Shown here one piece after another: positions 1 through 4,666 of a DNA stretch of 5,682 nt; within the stretch, counting starts at the first letter, position 1; each line of letters starts with the position of its first letter. The notes under the pieces are model-generated. The model worked only from the letters and a program-made list of their open reading frames with translations, did not search any database and was not told where the DNA came from. The translations under genes and the position numbers were made by a program. The DNA is from a virus (taxonomy: Duplodnaviria > Heunggongvirae > Uroviricota > Caudoviricetes): positions 1 through 5,682 of the IMG/VR virus record IMGVR_UViG_2778261299_000006; one strand, given 5' to 3'.

Positions 1-111
1 GAAGCCAGCCACGCCGACCTCGCCTGGGCGACCATGCACGCCCTGTTAAATGAGCCACTCACCGCCGGTATCAGCACTCCGCTGACATCCACCATTCTGG
101 AGTTTTACTGA
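1..111 (+). CDS. P: Terminase large (ATPase) subunit, gpP-like; 3' end only, 5' end lies outside the window
   Basis: Frame 1 is open from base 1 for 36 codons (...LAWATMHALLNEPLTAGISTPLTSTILEFY) to TGA at 109-111, which overlaps the ATG of the next gene by one base (TGATG). In P2 the late operon reads P then Q, so the gene directly upstream of the portal is expected to be the terminase. The assignment rests on synteny only; 36 residues are too few to recognise the family directly. Confidence 0.6.
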   Translation, partial: EASHADLAWATMHALLNEPLTAGISTPLTSTILEFY

Positions 112-1130
112 TGAGCAAGAAAAAAGGGAAAACACCGCAACCTGCGGCAAAAACAATGACCGCCAGCGCCCCGAAAATGGAGGCATTCACCTTTGGTGAG
201 CCGGTACCGGTACTCGACCGCCGTGACATTCTGGATTACGTCGAGTGCATCAGTAACGGCAGATGGTATGAGCCGCCGGTCAGCTTTACCGGTCTGGCAA
301 AAAGCCTGCGTGCTGCCGTGCATCACAGCTCACCGATTTACGTCAAACGCAATATTCTGGCCTCGACATTTATCCCGCATCCGTGGCTTTCCCAGCAGGA
401 TTTCAGCCGCTTTGTGCTGGATTTTCTGGTGTTCGGTAATGCGTTTCTGGAAAAGCGTTACAGCACCACCGGTAAAGTTATCAGGCTGGAAACCTCACCG
501 GCAAAATATACCCGCCGTGGTGTGGAAGAGGATGTTTACTGGTGGGTGCCGTCCTTCAACGAGCCGACAGCCTTCGCGCCCGGCTCCGTGTTTCACCTGC
601 TGGAGCCGGATATTAATCAGGAGCTGTACGGCCTGCCGGAATATCTCAGCGCCCTTAACTCTGCCTGGCTGAATGAGTCGGCCACGCTGTTCCGCCGCAA
701 GTATTACGAAAACGGCGCACATGCCGGATACATCATGTACGTCACCGATGCCGTGCAGGATCGCAACGATATCGAAATGCTTCGCGAAAACATGGTTAAG
801 TCGAAAGGCCGCAATAACTTTAAAAACCTGTTTCTCTACGCCCCGCAGGGAAAAGCCGACGGTATTAAAATTATCCCGCTCAGTGAAGTGGCGACGAAGG
901 ACGATTTTTTTAATATCAAAAAAGCCAGTGCGGAAGATCTAATGAGTGCACATCGAGTCCCCCCGCAAATGATTGGGATGATGCCTAATAATGCAGGAGG
1001 ATTTGGCGATGTAGTTAAAGCTGCTAAAGTTTTTGTCAGGAATGAGTTAGGGCACCTACAATCGCGAATGAAGGAATTGAACTCATGGATAGGTGAAACC
1101 GTTATAACATTTAACAATTACTCGTTATAA
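111..1130 (+). CDS. Q: Phage portal protein, P2 gpQ-like (339 aa)
   Basis: ATG at 111 is preceded by GGAG (99-102) at an 8-nt spacing. The 339-aa product (MSKKKGKTPQPAAKTMTASAPKMEAFTFGEPVPVLDRRDILDYVECISNGRWYEPPV...) matches my recollection of the P2 portal protein Q. GC is about 55% over the first part of the gene. Position is consistent with P2 synteny: P then Q, then cos. Confidence 0.9.
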   Translation: MSKKKGKTPQPAAKTMTASAPKMEAFTFGEPVPVLDRRDILDYVECISNGRWYEPPVSFTGLAKSLRAAVHHSSPIYVKRNILASTFIPHPWLSQQDFSRFVLDFLVFGNAFLEKRYSTTGKVIRLETSPAKYTRRGVEEDVYWWVPSFNEPTAFAPGSVFHLLEPDINQELYGLPEYLSALNSAWLNESATLFRRKYYENGAHAGYIMYVTDAVQDRNDIEMLRENMVKSKGRNNFKNLFLYAPQGKADGIKIIPLSEVATKDDFFNIKKASAEDLMSAHRVPPQMIGMMPNNAGGFGDVVKAAKVFVRNELGHLQSRMKELNSWIGETVITFNNYSL

Positions 1131-1136
1131 ACCCTG

Positions 1137-1160
1137 CAGGCTTTGGCTCGCCAAAGCCTG
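1137..1160. terminator. GC-rich inverted repeat between convergent genes; putative bidirectional terminator
   Basis: caggctttggc (1137-1147) and gccaaagcctg (1150-1160) are perfect reverse complements (about a 10-bp stem with a ctcg loop). It sits in the 35-bp gap between the stop of Q (1128-1130) and the stop of the minus-strand partner gene (1166-1168). There is no clean U-tract on the plus strand; on the minus strand it is followed by GGTTTATAA, which is only weakly T-rich. Confidence 0.45.
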
Positions 1161-1165
1161 TAAGA

Positions 1166-1783
1166 TCAAGCAGATAGGCAAAACGTTTCTGTTTGCCCCA
1201 AGTGTTCAAACACAGTAATCGATGTTACTTTTCCGGCGCTTATTTTATTAAGGAATTTCAATATTTGTTGAGGCTCCTCCATGACTGCTGTTTTCTTGAT
1301 TATAAATCCTTCAAGATTTTTCAAGCTGTATCGCTGACTTGAGTTCTCAAGAGCAGCAATCATTGCCGAACTGCGCATATCTCTATGTCCACTAGCCCTA
1401 CAAACGACAGCATAATTTAAATCAAGCTCTACAAAATTTTGCCTTGTCAACTCTGGAAGGTGTTTACATACAAAATGAAATAAAGTCGTAACACCTTCAT
1501 GTATTTTCAACCTTATATCATCCTTTTGTGAACGTCCTTCTTTAAATTCAATGAAGTACAATTTATCTTCATGTAAAAATAAAGCATCCGGTGATTTTTC
1601 TTTAAGCTCACGCCTATAAATAGGCGAGCAATTTAACACCGTATCATAGTTAAAGCCCTTCGAATCACAAATAATAAAATACCGTCCCCCGGCATCATTG
1701 TAACTTAATTCGGTTACATCAACCATTGAATCATGGTATACTTCACATAATTTTCTAAAGATAAGCTCCTCATTAGAAATCAT
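1166..1783 (-). CDS. 205-aa partner protein of the ATPase, unknown family; possible PD-(D/E)xK-type nuclease effector
   Basis: ATG at 1783-1781 is preceded by AGGAG at a 7-nt spacing (minus-strand context gaatcAGGAGtatttggATG). The start overlaps the upstream ATPase gene by 11 nt, implying translational coupling. GC is about 30%. Residues 66-82 read DALFLHEDKLYFIEFKE, i.e. a hydrophobic strand ending in D73 followed by E79-x-K81, a pattern compatible with a PD-(D/E)xK core. I see no CxxC pairs as in HNH and no ordered E...DxD TOPRIM motif. Confidence 0.75.
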   Translation of the reverse strand: MISNEELIFRKLCEVYHDSMVDVTELSYNDAGGRYFIICDSKGFNYDTVLNCSPIYRRELKEKSPDALFLHEDKLYFIEFKEGRSQKDDIRLKIHEGVTTLFHFVCKHLPELTRQNFVELDLNYAVVCRASGHRDMRSSAMIAALENSSQRYSLKNLEGFIIKKTAVMEEPQQILKFLNKISAGKVTSITVFEHLGQTETFCLSA

Positions 1784-3101
1784 CCAAATACTCCTGATTC
1801 AATTCTTTTAATGGTGTTGCCAAAAGATTAATTGCATATGCAACATTATCAGTAATATCAACAAAAGATGTAAATTCTTCCCCAGGGAATCGCTCGCTTA
1901 TATAGAACCGATTTTCAACCCCAATTTTGTCGCTAAAATGTTTAAGAGCATCAATAATATATGGGCTATGTGTTGTAATTATTATATCAACCCCCATAGA
2001 CACTAACTCACAAATAATCTCAGCATAGAAAACCTGCCACTTTGGATGTAAGTTCACCTCTGGTTCATCAATAATCAGCAACGAATTATCTACTGCTGCC
2101 CCACACTTAACAAGCATATCAAGAATACCTAAAGACTTTATTCCTGACGCAATATTACTCGATGTGACTTTATAGCCTTGCTTCTCTAGAAAAAAATCAT
2201 TCTTTTCAATATCATAAACCACCTCACCACTGAAAGCGGCATTGATTTTTTTAGATATACGAAGTGATTCATTTAAAAATGAGCCATCATCAAAAATATC
2301 CGAATGCACGAATAAATTATAAACTGAATCGCTTAGTTTTATTGATAGATCTTTCACATGCAATGGAACAGTTAGACGTCCTGATTCACCGTTACTATCA
2401 AATAAAGTTTTAGCAAAACGAACCAAATTATGAAATTGCATAATACTTGGAGAGTCAACATATGTTGCGTCGACATATCCTAAGCCATCAGTATAATCAA
2501 ATTGTGATATACCATCTTTAGTCCATTTAATATCAATTAACTGACTAACACCATCAACAACTTCCAGAGATGCTTTAACTGGATTTTGATTACCCTTCTG
2601 AATAATTTCCCCTCTAAATTCAGAGTAAAAGGCCTTACGCAGAGCGCGGTTGATAGCAGATAACTCATCATCTGGCTCAAGCATTATATCTCTGATTTTT
2701 CTTATATCAGAGAGTACAGAATCCGCCATCAACTCTGGAAGAAGACCTTCATCAATCAATTTATATAGATAACTCTCCCTCTCAGCCAAAGTTTTAGAGA
2801 TATCTATTTTTAGAGAGGCATAAAATTTTCTTGGATTGAATAACTCTCTAATTTCCGGCGTAGCAGCAATATTAATCCTCCTACGCAGATTAAAATATAT
2901 TTTCTCTACAATAGATGTAATTCTATCCTCTTTGTCTTCTTCTAAATCTTCTTGATAACGAGATATCGCCTTTACCATTGAAAACAGTATCTTCCCTACG
3001 GTACTCTTTCCCGTATCATTTTCACCAGTTATGACAGTTAATCCACCAACTGAAACATCAGCTTCCGCAATAGTTCCAAAATTATTAATTTTTATACGCA
3101 T
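1773..3101 (-). CDS. ABC-type / AAA_21-like (OLD or SMC-like) P-loop ATPase, 442 aa; first gene of a two-gene operon
   Basis: Walker A GENDTGKST (aa 26-34) is encoded at 3003-3026, verified by reverse-complement translation. A signature-like SSNIASGIKSLG lies at aa 314-325. Walker B LLIIDEPE (aa 341-348) is encoded at 2061-2081, also verified. An H-loop-like IIITTHSP lies at aa 373-380. About 300 residues separate Walker A and B, which is typical of ABC/SMC-like defence ATPases. ATG at 3101-3099. GC is about 30%, far below the flanking phage core. Confidence 0.85.
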   Translation of the reverse strand: MRIKINNFGTIAEADVSVGGLTVITGENDTGKSTVGKILFSMVKAISRYQEDLEEDKEDRITSIVEKIYFNLRRRINIAATPEIRELFNPRKFYASLKIDISKTLAERESYLYKLIDEGLLPELMADSVLSDIRKIRDIMLEPDDELSAINRALRKAFYSEFRGEIIQKGNQNPVKASLEVVDGVSQLIDIKWTKDGISQFDYTDGLGYVDATYVDSPSIMQFHNLVRFAKTLFDSNGESGRLTVPLHVKDLSIKLSDSVYNLFVHSDIFDDGSFLNESLRISKKINAAFSGEVVYDIEKNDFFLEKQGYKVTSSNIASGIKSLGILDMLVKCGAAVDNSLLIIDEPEVNLHPKWQVFYAEIICELVSMGVDIIITTHSPYIIDALKHFSDKIGVENRFYISERFPGEEFTSFVDITDNVAYAINLLATPLKELNQEYLDDF

Positions 3102-3132
3102 AAACTATCTCACTGTACGCCAGATATCCAAC

Positions 3133-3170
3133 CTTATGAATACTTTAGCATATTTCCACAAAGATGACAC
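3133..3170 (-). promoter_or_regulatory. Putative sigma70-type promoter region for the ATPase-partner operon
   Basis: On the minus strand, GTGTCA (plus coordinates 3165-3170), a 17-bp spacer, then TAAAGT (3142-3147). An alternative pairing is TTGTGG (3156-3161) with CATAAG (3133-3138). Both are only 4/6 or 3/6 matches to consensus. The region is AT-rich and lies 30-70 bp upstream of the ATG at 3101 and 25-60 bp from cos. This is a weak call. Confidence 0.25.
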
Positions 3171-3194
3171 TGGAGGCTGCAGGCCTCGCGCGCA

Positions 3195-3213
3195 GTGCTT
3201 TCCCCGCCTCGCC
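3195..3213. other. cos site: 19-nt cohesive-end sequence of P2-type phages (cosN), joined/intact form
   Basis: Plus strand 3195-3213 is gtgctttccccgcctcgcc, the exact reverse complement of GGCGAGGCGGGGAAAGCAC. I recall that sequence as the P2/P4 cohesive end, and it is at the expected place between the Q side and the A side of the genome. The orientation (GGCGAGG... reading on the minus strand toward Q) fits the P2 left end. Confidence 0.8.
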
Positions 3214-3335
3214 CGCCCGCTTCGCTGGTCACATTTAATGCAGTTGCATGAAGGCGTCAAAACCACACCGGTACTGGCAACAAGTGACCATAAAAACGGC
3301 TTTTGGCACATGCAAAACAATGCACCTAATGCACG

Positions 3336-3366
3336 CACACAAAAACGGGGAAAGTCGCTTTCCCCC
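3336..3366 (-). terminator. Rho-independent terminator downstream of the 174-aa gene
   Basis: Minus strand reads GGGGAAAG-cga-CTTTCCCC (plus coordinates 3347-3365, an 8-bp perfect GC-rich stem) followed immediately by GTTTTTGTGTG. It starts 11 nt after the TGA stop of the 174-aa gene (3379-3377). Confidence 0.7.
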
Positions 3367-3376
3367 ACAAACATTA

Positions 3377-3901
3377 TCAACGCACCGGAATGTAAGATTC
3401 AAGGTCTCTGATTACGGCTTGTTTCAGTGCTTCAGATACAGCCTCAAGTTCTGGCAATGCTGGCTTTTCACTTAAGTTCGTTTCAAATTCCCCGCTTCCT
3501 ATTACTAGCGTAAAGCCATTTCCATCACGTAGCAGTTTCAAAGGAATAATCACGTTTAACTTAGGATGAGCAACCGGTGACTTATCCACTGTAAGACCAA
3601 TAAAAAATGACAAAATCCCATCTGCATCAGGCAACAGATCGTGTAACTGAACTTTAGATTTTTCACCATCTTTAATTGCAGCGACAAAAACATAATTTTC
3701 AGTGGGGTTTTGCCCTGGATAGCCCCAGCAAGTTTGCTCAAGCTCAAGCGACCCCTCAAAGTTTTTCGCAATCAGCCCAACAATATTTTGTAAACGCTCT
3801 TTTTCCTCTCTCTGTAACCGAACGATTTCAATATACTTATCTCTTATAGTCTGAAAAGTAATCACTTTAGTCTCCTTAAACGGCTTACACAGAAACAGCA
3901 T
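3377..3901 (-). CDS. Hypothetical protein, 174 aa (162 aa if it starts at GTG 3865); orphan accessory gene at the tin/old-equivalent position
   Basis: ORF from ATG 3901-3899 to TGA 3379-3377. GGGGG lies 4 nt upstream of the ATG. An alternative start GTG at 3865-3863 is preceded by AAGGAG at a 5-nt spacing, a better-positioned SD. The gene has its own intrinsic terminator (3336-3366). GC is about 40-42%. I recognise no family motif by eye. Confidence 0.65.
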   Translation of the reverse strand: MLFLCKPFKETKVITFQTIRDKYIEIVRLQREEKERLQNIVGLIAKNFEGSLELEQTCWGYPGQNPTENYVFVAAIKDGEKSKVQLHDLLPDADGILSFFIGLTVDKSPVAHPKLNVIIPLKLLRDGNGFTLVIGSGEFETNLSEKPALPELEAVSEALKQAVIRDLESYIPVR

Positions 3902-3929
3902 TTAACCCCCTGATAATATTTCTTTCAAT
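3900..3929 (-). promoter_or_regulatory. Putative promoter for the 174-aa gene
   Basis: On the minus strand, TTGAAA (plus coordinates 3924-3929), an 18-bp spacer, then TTAAAT (3900-3905). The -10 overlaps the ATG at 3901, so this promoter would favour the GTG 3865 start with its AAGGAG SD. An alternative -10, TATTAT (3913-3918), has a poor -35. Low confidence. Confidence 0.25.
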
Positions 3930-4213
3930 AATTTTCCTAACGCCTCGCTACGCTCGTTGTTCAACCCCGTCAGCCCTGAAAACAAGTTTCACGACTGGCG
4001 GCGTTCTCTATCGTCTGCGTGGTGGTGACGTAACTCTTGATTGACCGATATGGTTAAACCGCCCGTCATTATCCCGGACTATTTCGGCACACCCGACCAG
4101 CTCATCGGGCGTCAGATTTTCGTTGACCATAATCCGCTGTAAACGCTGAACAATAGCCATCAGCTTGATATTTTTAGTTTTATGGTGCGGTATCTCGCCT
4201 GGTATTCTGTGCA

Positions 4214-4666
4214 TTATCCAAGCCACCCGTTTTGCTGTGCACGCTCCATCTGTTCATCTGAATAGTTCCATGCTCCATCCGTGGCAACCATTGCCCCGCC
4301 AGACATCCCTGTCTCTGGTTCATACATAACAGCAAGGCCGAGCTGATGCATAATTTCATGATTAATTCTGAATACCAGACCACGCTCACTAAGTTCTTTC
4401 CAGTTCACAATCTCATATGCGCATGTATTAAGCAGATCAATACTTAGCAAGACATAATCTTCCAGCCAGTCTGACAGGTCAGTAACATCTGTTATCCGGG
4501 CTTCAACCTTTCGCCCCGTGTACACACCCTGCACCCATTCATGCAAAATCAACGTGTCCCCGCGCTCATAATTACGGTCATTTTTCCGAAACTCTGCGCG
4601 TTTCTTTCCTTCCAGCACAAGGTCGAAATATTTTGCGTGCAGCTTTACCTCGTGAATTTTTGCCAT
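4214..4666 (-). CDS. ASCH / DUF3850-like domain protein (orf91-position gene) with a C-terminal extension carrying HEIMH; 150 aa
   Basis: True start is taken as ATG 4666-4664 (MAKIHEVKLHAKYFDLVLEGKKRAEFRKNDRNYERGDTLILHEW...), not the upstream GTG at 4702 reported in the ORF track. GGAG lies 8 nt upstream. The ATG overlaps the TAA stop of gene A by one base (TAATG). The N-terminal ~75 aa resemble the ASCH-like DUF3850 pattern as I recall it. The C-terminal half contains INHEIMHQLGL...YEPE. The position immediately downstream of A matches P2 orf91. Confidence 0.75.
   Translation of the reverse strand: MAKIHEVKLHAKYFDLVLEGKKRAEFRKNDRNYERGDTLILHEWVQGVYTGRKVEARITDVTDLSDWLEDYVLLSIDLLNTCAYEIVNWKELSERGLVFRINHEIMHQLGLAVMYEPETGMSGGAMVATDGAWNYSDEQMERAQQNGWLG

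Noticed and set aside
193-672. 159-aa plus-strand ORF, together with the 73-aa (105..326), 75-aa (495..722), 89-aa (673..942) and 93-aa (836..1117) ORFs
   Set aside because: All lie inside portal gene Q in alternative frames or on the opposite strand. They have arginine/cysteine-rich low-complexity translations typical of off-frame reads of GC-rich coding DNA, and none has an RBS.
1773-3101. Assignment of the ATPase to a specific named system (Septu PtuA, PARIS AriA, Gabija GajA, P2 Old)
   Set aside because: The 442-aa length and the absence of a C-terminal TOPRIM region argue against Old or GajA. The partner lacks the HNH of PtuB and is shorter than AriB. Without profile searches I cannot assign a family, so I leave it as a generic ABC/AAA_21-like defence ATPase.
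3031-3475. 126-aa (+), 91-aa (-) and 75-aa (+) ORFs covering the cos region
   Set aside because: They run straight through the 19-nt cos site, the operon promoter region and the intrinsic terminator. They have no SD sequences, and their translations are low-complexity (R/C/H-rich). The region is better explained as packaging and regulatory DNA.
3556-3771. 71-aa minus-strand ORF
   Set aside because: It is entirely nested in an alternative frame within the better-supported 174-aa gene.
4050-4142. 30-codon plus-strand ORF (MVKPPVIIPDYFGTPDQLIGRQIFVDHNPL) in the non-coding gap
   Set aside because: There is no SD upstream, it is on the strand opposite to every real gene in this arm, and it is too short to evaluate. 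It is kept only as a note under the gap finding.
4008-4389. 72-aa and 69-aa minus-strand ORFs
   Set aside because: Both begin with GTG without an SD, overlap the 3' end of the orf91-like gene, and have no recognisable features. They are likely chance ORFs.
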